Source: a virus. From it: 64,000 bases of DNA. Shown here piece after piece: positions 27,866 through 36,412 of this stretch (its first letter is position 1; each line of letters starts with the position of its first letter). The DNA is taken from positions 64,001 through 128,000 of the IMG/VR virus record IMGVR_UViG_3300044695_008209. One strand, given 5' to 3'. The notes beneath the pieces are model-generated. The model saw only the letters and a list, made by a program, of their open reading frames with translations. It did not search any database and was not told the origin of the DNA. The translations under genes and the position numbers were made by a program.

Positions 27866-28470
27866 TCGCGCTCTCGGCCGCGCCGGCGGAACCTGTCCGC
27901 TCCGGGGTGGTCCTGCGGGATCCGGTCGACGCTGCCACCGCGGAAGCCCATGTCGAGCTCCATGCGCTTCGTCTCGATGATGCGCGAGATGAACTTCGCG
28001 TCGCGGGCCGCCCCCTCGGCGATCGTCGTGAGGAGCTCGAAGTAGGTCTTGGCCTCGATGTAGTTCGCGTTGGCCTCGATGTAGCGAACGTCGAGCGCGG
28101 CGAGGTCCGCCTTCTCCTGTGCGGTGCCCACCTTGGACTTCCGCACGGCGGCGAGCACCATGTCGAGCTTCTCCTTCGAGGAGAGCATCTCCGCCCGGGC
28201 CAGGACCACCTGCCCGGCCGTGTAGTCGGTGAAGGCCACCTGCAGGCCGTAGTACTCCCCGATCTCATTGGGCTTGAGCGAGGGCAGGTTGATGGGGACG
28301 CGCCCGTCGTAGACGCGCCCGTTCGACATGACCGGCGGGGTGCTCCGCAGCTCGAGGCCGGTCTTCGCGAACTTCCGCAGCGCGCGATCCTCGGCCTCGT
28401 CGTAGCGGTCGAGCCCCTCCTCGAGGGGCATGGACATCAGGTCGTCGGCGTGTTGGGTTCCTCTGGCCAT
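27862..28470 (-). CDS. Helical protein, possible UvsY-like recombination mediator (202 aa)
   Basis: True start ATG 28470 inside the longer track ORF; helical KADLAALDVRYIEANANYIEAK...; near recA. Confidence 0.45.
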   Translation of the reverse strand: MARGTQHADDLMSMPLEEGLDRYDEAEDRALRKFAKTGLELRSTPPVMSNGRVYDGRVPINLPSLKPNEIGEYYGLQVAFTDYTAGQVVLARAEMLSSKEKLDMVLAAVRKSKVGTAQEKADLAALDVRYIEANANYIEAKTYFELLTTIAEGAARDAKFISRIIETKRMELDMGFRGGSVDRIPQDHPGADRFRRRGRERE

Positions 28471-28472
28471 GG

Positions 28473-29327
28473 CTATTTCCTCACGGTGAACGCCTTCCCG
28501 CCCTTCTTGTCGAGGCGCTGGGGACAGTCCTTGCTGTAGGGGCACTCCGCGCACTCCGCGGGCGACGCGTCGGCGATGGGCGGGGTGCCCTCGTCGAGAG
28601 ACTCCTGCACGCGCTCTCCCTTGGTGCGCGACCACCGACGGAACACCGAGGGGTCGTACACCTCGACGTACTCCTTGATGTCGTGAGGCCAGTCCTTCGA
28701 GATGTACAGGTACACCGTGAAGGGGGCGTCGAGGGCCGTCGCGTACAGCCCGCCGGCCTGGATCCTGTGCTCGCCCTTGGGCTCCTTCAGCGCGTTGAAC
28801 TCGGAGCCCATGCTCTTGATCTCGAGCACCCCGCGTACCTCTGGGAGCGTGACGAGACCGTCGGTGTTCCCGGCGACCAGCGTCCCGATCTCGATGCGCT
28901 TCTCGTCCTCGAACGCGTCGCCCAGGTCCTCGTGCAGGATCTCCTGGACGAGATCGTGCATCGCGTGCCCGATCTTGAAGGTGAACATGAGCGGCGGCTT
29001 GAACGTGGCCTGCGGCGCGAACTCGCCGGTCACGTCGTAGTACAGCCGCAGGACGCACTTGTCCGCCGAGGACGGGTGGATGACGCCTACCGTCCTCGGC
29101 TTGGGGCGCTTCCAGATCCCGGTGCCCTTGCAGTGGTGGCACTCCAGCCCCTCCGCGTCGATGGCCGTGATCTCGGCCAGGTACGCGGCGCGCGTGAGGC
29201 CGACCTCCTTGGACTTCCTCTGGAGCCCGGCGATGACGCGGCCGCGCAGGTTCAGCGCCTCCGCGGCCGCCTTGATGTCGCGGTCGTGCGCCCCCTTGAG
29301 GTCGTCGATGCTGTGGATGGGGGTCAT
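28473..29327 (-). CDS. Cas4/AddB-like PD-(D/E)XK exonuclease with 4Fe-4S motif
   Basis: HPSSADKC; G-x-x-x-H; GNTDG...LEIKS; HRIQAGGLY; C-terminal CAECPYSKDC. Confidence 0.85.
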   Translation of the reverse strand: MTPIHSIDDLKGAHDRDIKAAAEALNLRGRVIAGLQRKSKEVGLTRAAYLAEITAIDAEGLECHHCKGTGIWKRPKPRTVGVIHPSSADKCVLRLYYDVTGEFAPQATFKPPLMFTFKIGHAMHDLVQEILHEDLGDAFEDEKRIEIGTLVAGNTDGLVTLPEVRGVLEIKSMGSEFNALKEPKGEHRIQAGGLYATALDAPFTVYLYISKDWPHDIKEYVEVYDPSVFRRWSRTKGERVQESLDEGTPPIADASPAECAECPYSKDCPQRLDKKGGKAFTVRK

Positions 29328-29779
29328 TGATTCTCACGGTAGTTGGTAAGGAGTTGCTCGAACCAGTCGCTCGGCAGGACGACGAACTGCTCGCGCAGGT
29401 TGTCCTCGAAGGCGATGCGCATGATGGGGATCTCGTCCCCCTGCGCGGCTGCTGCGATCTTCCGGAGGTCAGCGCGTCGCAGCACGAAGGAGTCCTTCGT
29501 CGTGGTCTTGTCCTCCTCCCGGAGCAGACCCCTGATCTTCACGTCGCCCTTGTCCTTCCCGGCGCCGGAGTTGGCAGTGAGCCTCCCGCCGACGCTGCGG
29601 GCGTTGAACTTCTCCTGGCGACTCGAGCGCCCGCGGGTCGTCTCGCGCTTCGGCAGGCGCTTCTTCTCGTGCGGGTCGCCGAACTGGAAGTCGCACGCCC
29701 TGCAGACGTAGCCACGACCAGCCGGCGCCTCCGACACGTTGATCCGCAGCGTGCACTGCGGGCACATCGGCACTCGCAC
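29324..29779 (-). CDS. Zn-ribbon plus PD-(D/E)XK resolvase-like nuclease
   Basis: CPQC...CRAC; GGRLTANSGAGKDKGDV...EEDKTT. Confidence 0.75.
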   Translation of the reverse strand: MRVPMCPQCTLRINVSEAPAGRGYVCRACDFQFGDPHEKKRLPKRETTRGRSSRQEKFNARSVGGRLTANSGAGKDKGDVKIRGLLREEDKTTTKDSFVLRRADLRKIAAAAQGDEIPIMRIAFEDNLREQFVVLPSDWFEQLLTNYRENQ

Positions 29780-30976
29780 TTATGGCACCAACGCCACGTT
29801 CGCTGCGCGGAGGATCTCCTCGGTGAGCTCCCCGATGAGGTCGCACGACACGATGGCCGCGGCCGCCTTGTCCTTGCTCGCCCCGAGGATGAGGCCGCTG
29901 TAGGAGTACGAGTTCCCGTTCTTGTCGATGAGGTCGTACTCCAGGCCGAGGCGGAGGAGGAGCTCCCCCATGTCGATGTCGCAGTCGGCGAACATGTAGT
30001 TGTACTGGCCGGTGTGCCCCTCGTACCCGCCCGCCTTCTGCTTGGTGATCTCCCACTTCTCGACCTTGCCGACGCGCTCCTTGTCGTCGTCGCTGCCCTT
30101 CGTCACCCACGCCATGCGCTGCAGCTCGACGGTGAGGAAGCGGGCGTGCTTCAGCGCCCACCCGCCCGACTCGTGCGTCTGCTTCTCGAAGGCCTGCGCC
30201 TTCAGCTTGTCGCGCACCTGGTTGATGCCGACGAAGCAGGTGAGGTTCGGGTTGCCCTTGGCGTCGGCCCCGAACGCGCTGGTGAGCTTCCGCATCAGCT
30301 TCGTGTTCAGCCCTGCGGGACCGCCCACACGGCTGTCCTTGTCGAAGCCCTGCTCCTCCTCGGCGTCCGTCAGGATGGACCCGAAGGAGTCGAGCGCGAC
30401 GATGTTGAAGTCGCCGCTGCCCACGAGGTCGACCGCGATCTCGAAGGACTCCTCGGCCGTGCTCGGCGGTACGACCACGAAGGTCCCCACCTGCACCTTG
30501 AGGGCCTCGCGCTCCGCCGCCGAGAGGGCCGGCAGGCGGAGCGACTTGCGACGCTGGTCCTCCTGCGCGATCTCGTCGTTCGACAGGGCGACCTTCACGC
30601 CGCAGCTGTGCCCCTGCGTCTTGTCGTAGGGGAGCTCGGTCCCGATGACAGCGATGGCGCACTCCTCGCCGTAGATGCGCTGCTGCCCGCGGATGAGACG
30701 GTTGAGCAGGAAGTTCTTCCCCTCGCCCGGCTTGCCGACGAGCATGGTCATGCCGCCGGCGGGAGCACCGCCGTTGGTCGCGATGTCGAGGTCCGGGATG
30801 CCGAAGGCCAGGCGACGCATCGCCCAGGGCATCGTGTACTCGTCCCCCATCATCACGTGGCCCGGGTACCGACCCTTCAGCGTGGTGACGAGGGTACGCA
30901 GGCGGTCTTGCTTCGCAGAGCGGGGGATCACGGGCTCTGCGCCCGGCTCCTCAGCGCTGGCTTTGCGTCGGGCCAT
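29780..30976 (-). CDS. recA: RecA/UvsX-like recombinase
   Basis: LDIATNGGAPAGGM, Walker A GKPGEGKN, Walker B IVALDS, GINQVRDK, GGWALKH. Confidence 0.92.
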   Translation of the reverse strand: MARRKASAEEPGAEPVIPRSAKQDRLRTLVTTLKGRYPGHVMMGDEYTMPWAMRRLAFGIPDLDIATNGGAPAGGMTMLVGKPGEGKNFLLNRLIRGQQRIYGEECAIAVIGTELPYDKTQGHSCGVKVALSNDEIAQEDQRRKSLRLPALSAAEREALKVQVGTFVVVPPSTAEESFEIAVDLVGSGDFNIVALDSFGSILTDAEEEQGFDKDSRVGGPAGLNTKLMRKLTSAFGADAKGNPNLTCFVGINQVRDKLKAQAFEKQTHESGGWALKHARFLTVELQRMAWVTKGSDDDKERVGKVEKWEITKQKAGGYEGHTGQYNYMFADCDIDMGELLLRLGLEYDLIDKNGNSYSYSGLILGASKDKAAAAIVSCDLIGELTEEILRAANVALVP

Positions 30977-31139
30977 TCTTCTTCTCCTTCGGTTCCCACG
31001 GCTCGGATCCGCAGGAGGGGCAGTTCGGGGTGAGCCCCGCGTAGTTGACGTGAGCAGAGCCGCACTGGGGGCACGGGCGGCCCTTCATGCTGGCGATCTT
31101 GTCGAGTTCGCTGTCGAGCACGACGCCGTTCTTCTCCAT
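30951..31139 (-). CDS. Small Zn-ribbon protein (62 aa)
   Basis: AGGAGG RBS; CPQCG...CPSCG; DKIAS motif. Confidence 0.75.
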   Translation of the reverse strand: MEKNGVVLDSELDKIASMKGRPCPQCGSAHVNYAGLTPNCPSCGSEPWEPKEKKNGPTQSQR

Positions 31140-31166
31140 GACGACCTCCTGATGTGTACTCACACT

Positions 31167-31478
31167 CTAACCGGGAAGGGGCACGCCGGAGAGCTTCTTG
31201 CGAAGAGATCTCACGGGTCGAATCGTGAGGATGATCCTGCGCACCTCTGCCCGCTGCACGGCGTCCTCACCGTGCAGCGGATTCCCCACCACGGTGTCCC
31301 GCCGGTACGTGCGGATCGTGGGGATGACCCGGAAGAGTCCGCGCAGGATGACCTCACCCTGCTGCAGGAACTCCTCCTCGATGAGCACCCCGAGTTCATC
31401 CAGAACGTGTGCGACGACGTCCTTCGTGTACCCGGTGCGTGCTGCGACTTCGTCGCGCATCCGCGTGTGGGTGAGCAT
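31167..31478 (-). CDS. HU/IHF-like DNA-binding protein (103 aa)
   Basis: TGATG-coupled start; EVAARTGYTKDVVAHVLDEL...GEVILRGLFRV...GNPLHGE...IRPVRSLRKKL. Confidence 0.8.
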   Translation of the reverse strand: MLTHTRMRDEVAARTGYTKDVVAHVLDELGVLIEEEFLQQGEVILRGLFRVIPTIRTYRRDTVVGNPLHGEDAVQRAEVRRIILTIRPVRSLRKKLSGVPLPG

Positions 31479-32107
31479 CAGCCCTGCTTGGGATCGGTGA
31501 GCGCCGCGCGCTCTGCTGCCAGATCGCGCTCCTCGAAGCGCACTCCGTCGTACTGCGCCGGGAACCGCGCACGGAGCTTCGCGATGTTCCGCGCCATCAC
31601 GGTCTCCCGGGAGATGCCGAAGGCCTGGCACACGCCTCCGACGCCGCGCCAGATGTCTCGCAGGGCCACGAACGCCGAGTCGGGGTTCAGGTCCTTGGCG
31701 TGGATCGCGTGGCGCCGAACGAGGTCTGCCCAGAGGCAGATGTACGCGACGAGGCGTCGTTCAGCTTCGGTCCGCGGGAGGGACATCAGCTCCTCCTCCG
31801 GATCATCGAAGTCCCGCAGGTTCAGGGCGTCGAGCCCGACGGCCCAGTACCACATGACGTCCCCGAGCTCCTCGAGGGTGTTCACGCGGTCCCCCCGCTC
31901 GATGGCCTGCTGGAGCTCGACGATCTCGGTCGACATCCCCAGCGCACTGTGGAGCAGGCGAACCTTCGCCTCCCCGATGATGCCCTGCATCCGGGGCTCG
32001 GTGAGGAGGATCTGCCCGTGCACGTGGATGTCGACGGGTACCTCGAAGTACGGCACCTTTTCGGTGCGCACGGCGTCCCGGACGTAGAGATGGACGGTCT
32101 CGTTCAC
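31478..32107 (-). CDS. MazG-like NTP pyrophosphohydrolase
   Basis: LLHSALGMSTEIVEL...EELGDVMWY...NIAKLRARFP. Confidence 0.85.
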   Translation of the reverse strand: MNETVHLYVRDAVRTEKVPYFEVPVDIHVHGQILLTEPRMQGIIGEAKVRLLHSALGMSTEIVELQQAIERGDRVNTLEELGDVMWYWAVGLDALNLRDFDDPEEELMSLPRTEAERRLVAYICLWADLVRRHAIHAKDLNPDSAFVALRDIWRGVGGVCQAFGISRETVMARNIAKLRARFPAQYDGVRFEERDLAAERAALTDPKQG

Positions 32108-32484
32108 TTCTCGGTCTCCTTGGTGAAGGGGAGGGGGGTCTGCGCATCCGAGGGCTCATCCCCGGGACGCTCGTAGGGGGTGTACTGCTCGCGGTACGAA
32201 CGCGGGTCCGGGCCGCGCCCACAGAGGTGGTCGAACATCTGCGTGTACCAGACAGCCTTCCGCTCGTCCTCGTCCACGGGCCCCTTCAGGCCCTTGCGGT
32301 CGCGGTACTTGAAGGCGCAGGACGCGCAGTGAACGGCGAATGCCGCGTCCGCGATGCCGCATCCGGCCGCCAAGGCGTCCGTGAACCAGTCGCCGGCGCG
32401 GTCGCGGATGCGGTCGATCGTCTCTCGGCCCTCCGCGCTGTAGCGCACCGGCGCCACGTTGAAGCCGGTGTTGTCGTCGCTCAT
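32104..32484 (-). CDS. DUF3310-like phage protein
   Basis: ETIDRI...AFKYRDRKGLKG..EDERKAVWY. Confidence 0.8.
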   Translation of the reverse strand: MSDDNTGFNVAPVRYSAEGRETIDRIRDRAGDWFTDALAAGCGIADAAFAVHCASCAFKYRDRKGLKGPVDEDERKAVWYTQMFDHLCGRGPDPRSYREQYTPYERPGDEPSDAQTPLPFTKETEK

Positions 32485-35016
32485 TTAGCCCTTCCCCTCG
32501 CCCCAGTTGAGGGCGTCGTTGATGTCGATGAGGATGGGGACCCGCATAGGGAACGGGTTCTCCATCAGGGTCTTGACGCGGCGCTTCGCCGCCGTGACGA
32601 TCTCCGGGATATCTGGGACCTCCCAGATCAGCTCGTCGTGCACCTGCATGAGCATGCGCGCACCCAGCTGCCGGAGCTCGACGTCGCTCTCACACTTGTC
32701 CATCGCTGCGTTGCAGATGTCGGCTGCGGAGCCCTGGATGCGGCTGTTCGGCGCCTGGCGATCCGCCTGCGACGACTTCATCCGGTCGTTGGAGATGATC
32801 TCCGGCAGCCGGCGAGGGTGACCGATGACGGTGTAGACCGCGAGGTCCTGCCGACACTGCTCCCTCGTCCGCTCGATGAACTGGCCGATGCCGGGGAAGA
32901 TCTCCCACAGGTACCGGTCGATCAGGTCCTGCGCTTCCGGGCAGGAGTCCCGGAGGTGCCCGTCACGCCCCTTGCGCTTGACGATGGGCAGTCCCAGCTG
33001 CATGCCCAGCTTCAGGGCGCCGATGCCGTACACGATGCCGAAGCCGGTGCTCTTCAGCGCCTTTCGAGCGTCGATGAGCATCTCCTCGAAGTCGGTGGGG
33101 GCCCGCCCCTTCCCCTCTTCGTGCGCCGCCGCGACGTCCTTTGCCGCCTTGGCCATCTCGTAGGTGATGCCCGGAGGCAATCCCGCAGCGCCCAGGGCCG
33201 ACGCGAGAGCCACGGTCTTGCAGTGGAGGTCCTGCTTCGCGTGGATGGCGCCGATCATCGCCTCGTCCTCGCTGAAGTGGGCGAGGATGCACATCTCCAG
33301 CTGCTTGAAGTCCGCCACGACCAGCCGCATCGGGAAGTCCGGATCGAGGTCCGGCCCCTTCACGTCGCGCAGGTGCGGCAGGCAGATGTCCTGGCTGCAG
33401 TCCCCCCACCGACCGGCGACGAACAGCCGGCGGATGAGCTTCCCCCACTTCCCCTTCGCGGGGATGTTCTGGAGGTTGGGGTCGCTGGAGGCGAGTCGCC
33501 ACGTGCGCGCGCCGCCACCGTTGAGGGACGTGTGGATCCGGCGAAGACGGTCGATCCACTTCGGGAGCCCGACCATGTAGTCGCCGTGCAGCTTCCGGAA
33601 CTTCCGGTGCTCGAGGATGAGCGTTGAGAGCTTGTGCCCCTTGCCGGCGAAGTTCTCCAGAACCTCGGCATCCGTGCTCGGCTCCTTGATGCCGCTCGCA
33701 CCGCCGGTCGTCATCTTCTTGGGAGTGTCGCCGAAGGGGTCGAACCACTTTCCCTTCGCGTCCTTCTCGAACAGCTTGGCTCGGAGCTGGTCCGCACTCT
33801 GCGGGTTGAAGGACAGGTCCCCGGTCTCGGACACCACCGCCCGCTCCAGGCGGTCGAGTTCCTTCTGCATGTCGACCGCGTAGGCGTGGGTCTGCTCCAC
33901 GTCGATCGCGAAGCCGCGCCGCTCGAGGTTCCAGAGGATCTGCTGGAACTTCGTCCGCTTGGTCTCGTAGTGCCAGAGCAGGAGCTCTGGGCGAACCTTG
34001 CGTGCGAGCACGTCCTCCGTGATCATCTCCATCTCCGGTCCCGCCAGCAGCGTGCGCATCTTCGGCACCAGCGAGAACGACCCCCAGCTGTCCAGGCTGG
34101 CGTAGTCGCACGCGCTCTCGCGTAGGGCCTCCACTGGGTTCTCCGGGATGCCGGTCTGCGCGAGCAGGAAGTCGTAGACGACCTGCGTCGCCTCACGCAG
34201 GCTGGGCTCGCTCTCCGTCAAGGAGATGAGGTCCTTCCGGTCTCTGGGAGCGATCTCGTCCGGCGCCCCGAGGAGCTGCATGAACTCGGACACGTACCGG
34301 TGCACCCCGGACTGCTGCTCGACGAGCCCGAACTGCTCAGCGATCGCCACCACCTGCCGGGCGGTGAGCGTACACTTCGCCGCGCGCAGGGACAGGTGAA
34401 GCCGCTTCACCGCCTCGAGGACCTCGGGATCCCCCTCAACGCGCTTGAGGCGCAGGAGCACGTCGCGAGCCCACTTCTGGGCCATCTCGACCATGCCCTC
34501 GTGGTCGTGGAGCTCGAGGATGTCGTGGATCTCGCACATCGTGCGGACCTCCTCATCCTTGACCCCCGCGCTGCCGAACACGTCCTTGAAGGTGGACATG
34601 CGGAGGCCGAGGTATTCCAACGCGCACGGCTTGAGGCCGTGCTGTCCCTGGCGGTTCTCGTCGATGCAGAAGTCCATGTCGACGGTGTCGACGATGTGGC
34701 CGCGGAGACGGATGCCGTGGTTGGCCAGCAGGTGCTGGTCGTAGTTCGAGTTCGACAGCCGCTTCTCGATCTCCTCGTCTTCGAGCAGATCCGTGAAGAT
34801 GGGCAGCAGCCGAACCGGGCCACAGATGCGGGCCTCGTGGACGGCGAGGGAGAAGAAACGGATGCGATCCCGGACGATGTCGAGGCCGGTGGTCTCGGTG
34901 TCGACGCCCAGGCCTTGGCGGGGCGCCTCCTGCTCGAAGTACGCCTTCCACTGGAGCGCCTGCTCCACGGTACGGACGTAAACCGGCACAGGGGTCCGGA
35001 TGATGTCAAAGCGCAT
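32485..35016 (-). CDS. polA: Family A DNA polymerase with 3'-5' exonuclease, no 5'-3' exonuclease
   Basis: ExoI DTETTGL, ExoII NYD, ExoIII YASLD; LASSDPNLQNIP; motif A ADFKQLE, B RKALKSTGFGIVYG, C QVHDEL. Confidence 0.95.
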   Translation of the reverse strand: MRFDIIRTPVPVYVRTVEQALQWKAYFEQEAPRQGLGVDTETTGLDIVRDRIRFFSLAVHEARICGPVRLLPIFTDLLEDEEIEKRLSNSNYDQHLLANHGIRLRGHIVDTVDMDFCIDENRQGQHGLKPCALEYLGLRMSTFKDVFGSAGVKDEEVRTMCEIHDILELHDHEGMVEMAQKWARDVLLRLKRVEGDPEVLEAVKRLHLSLRAAKCTLTARQVVAIAEQFGLVEQQSGVHRYVSEFMQLLGAPDEIAPRDRKDLISLTESEPSLREATQVVYDFLLAQTGIPENPVEALRESACDYASLDSWGSFSLVPKMRTLLAGPEMEMITEDVLARKVRPELLLWHYETKRTKFQQILWNLERRGFAIDVEQTHAYAVDMQKELDRLERAVVSETGDLSFNPQSADQLRAKLFEKDAKGKWFDPFGDTPKKMTTGGASGIKEPSTDAEVLENFAGKGHKLSTLILEHRKFRKLHGDYMVGLPKWIDRLRRIHTSLNGGGARTWRLASSDPNLQNIPAKGKWGKLIRRLFVAGRWGDCSQDICLPHLRDVKGPDLDPDFPMRLVVADFKQLEMCILAHFSEDEAMIGAIHAKQDLHCKTVALASALGAAGLPPGITYEMAKAAKDVAAAHEEGKGRAPTDFEEMLIDARKALKSTGFGIVYGIGALKLGMQLGLPIVKRKGRDGHLRDSCPEAQDLIDRYLWEIFPGIGQFIERTREQCRQDLAVYTVIGHPRRLPEIISNDRMKSSQADRQAPNSRIQGSAADICNAAMDKCESDVELRQLGARMLMQVHDELIWEVPDIPEIVTAAKRRVKTLMENPFPMRVPILIDINDALNWGEGKG

Positions 35017-35049
35017 GCAGACCTCGTCTGATCACGGTTTATAGGCAAG

Positions 35050-35083
35050 AAACGCCGCACCCCCCGAAGGAGGTGCGGCGTTT
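35050..35083 (-). terminator. Intrinsic terminator after the SSB-like gene
   Basis: Minus strand AAACGCCGCACCTCC-TTCG-GGGGGTGCGGCGTTT (15 bp, C(UUCG)G loop) then CTTG. Confidence 0.85.
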
Positions 35084-35092
35084 CAGGGTCAG

Positions 35093-36412
35093 CTACTCGC
35101 GCCGACGCCGGCGAGGGGCGTCCTCTTCCGGCTCAGCGCGCCCGCGCCGGCGCGGGGTGTCGTCCTCGTCCGGCTCCGCCTCCGCGCGACCACCCCGACC
35201 GCGGGGCTTGTCGTCGTCCGCATCGTCGCCGCCGCCGTAGCGGGAGTACTTGCTCTCCCCCTTCTCCGGCGGGAACGGGTTGCGGATGCCGAGCGTCCGC
35301 GCGAGGAACTCGTGGTCCTTCGGCTCGTGGACCTTCTCGAAGTCCCACTGCGACGTGGCCTGCTTCCGGATGTCCATGTCCTCGACGAAGATCCACCCGC
35401 CGTCGTCGTCGTACTTCGGGTAGTACTCCTTACCGTCCTTCTCGAACTCGATCAGGTAGTTCCCGTTCGGGAGCTGGTACTGGTCGAGCGGAGTGATCTT
35501 CTTGACCACGATGTGCGAGTTGGTCCCCTCGCCCTCCTTCCGCACCCGGGCGACGACATCGAACGCGCTCAGCGGCTCGGGCCGCTTGCAGGAGTTGCAC
35601 GTGTTCTCGGGCACCGGCAGGCCGATGTGTCCGCACTTCTTGCACTTCTCCCGGGACATGGCGAAGGCCGCGACCTCCTTCTTGCCCATGTCGTCCTTGT
35701 CGACGTCCGCCAGCTCCTCCTCGCACTGCTCGCAGGTGAAGGCGATCGGGGTGAGGTCTCCACCGCACCGGCAGAACTTCGCCGCGTCCGCGTCGATCTG
35801 CGCCAGGTCATCGCGGTGGCCGCCGCCGACCTCGATGTACCGCTTCTGGAACATCCGGACCGTGCCGTCGTCGATGTAGTTGTCCAGGTCCGCGAGGATC
35901 CGCTTGCGGTCGCTGGGGCGCTCGACCGGCTCCCACACCATGACGGGCTTGCCGCGGTTCTCGCCGTCCTCGTGCTTGACGACCTTGCCATCCCGCTCCA
36001 GCGGCACCTTCTCGTACAGCCCGAAGTGCAGGATGTTGAAGCTGAAGTCCGGCTTCTTGGTGACGCGCCGATCGCCCTCCGCCTGCGCCTTGCAGCCCAG
36101 GCAGTCCTTCTTCCCCGCGTCGATGCCGCACCGCGCGGTCATGAACGAGCCCTTGCCCGAGGGCTTGAGCTTGAGGTGGTGCATCTGGCAGGTGTGGAAG
36201 TGCGCCAGACGCACCTCGCCCGTCTTCTCGTCCACGTCTTCCGGGTTCTCGTACGCCGCCCGAGTGAGGAGGATGTCCTCTTCCTCGGCCTTGGGGATGT
36301 CGTACCGATCCCGCCACGATCCTCGCCAGCCGGTGCCCTTCCCGGCCCTACGCGACTTTCCGTCGAGCACGCTGCGGCGGAGGCCGCTCACAACCCTATT
36401 CTGAGTGCTCAT
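35093..36412 (-). CDS. Single-stranded DNA-binding protein (gp32-like, inferred) with Cys-rich insertion
   Basis: Between primase and polymerase; HHL...C...CLGC early, RVRKEGEGTNSHI; charged C-terminal tail. Confidence 0.6.
   Translation of the reverse strand: MSTQNRVVSGLRRSVLDGKSRRAGKGTGWRGSWRDRYDIPKAEEEDILLTRAAYENPEDVDEKTGEVRLAHFHTCQMHHLKLKPSGKGSFMTARCGIDAGKKDCLGCKAQAEGDRRVTKKPDFSFNILHFGLYEKVPLERDGKVVKHEDGENRGKPVMVWEPVERPSDRKRILADLDNYIDDGTVRMFQKRYIEVGGGHRDDLAQIDADAAKFCRCGGDLTPIAFTCEQCEEELADVDKDDMGKKEVAAFAMSREKCKKCGHIGLPVPENTCNSCKRPEPLSAFDVVARVRKEGEGTNSHIVVKKITPLDQYQLPNGNYLIEFEKDGKEYYPKYDDDGGWIFVEDMDIRKQATSQWDFEKVHEPKDHEFLARTLGIRNPFPPEKGESKYSRYGGGDDADDDKPRGRGGRAEAEPDEDDTPRRRGRAEPEEDAPRRRRRE

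Noticed and set aside
28473-29327. CRISPR-Cas locus
   Set aside because: Only a solo Cas4-like gene; no other cas genes and no repeat-spacer array seen.
31478-35016. 2-aminoadenine (Z) genome system suggested by MazG-like plus PolA
   Set aside because: No purZ or HD-domain dATPase in the window; both genes are common in ordinary phages.
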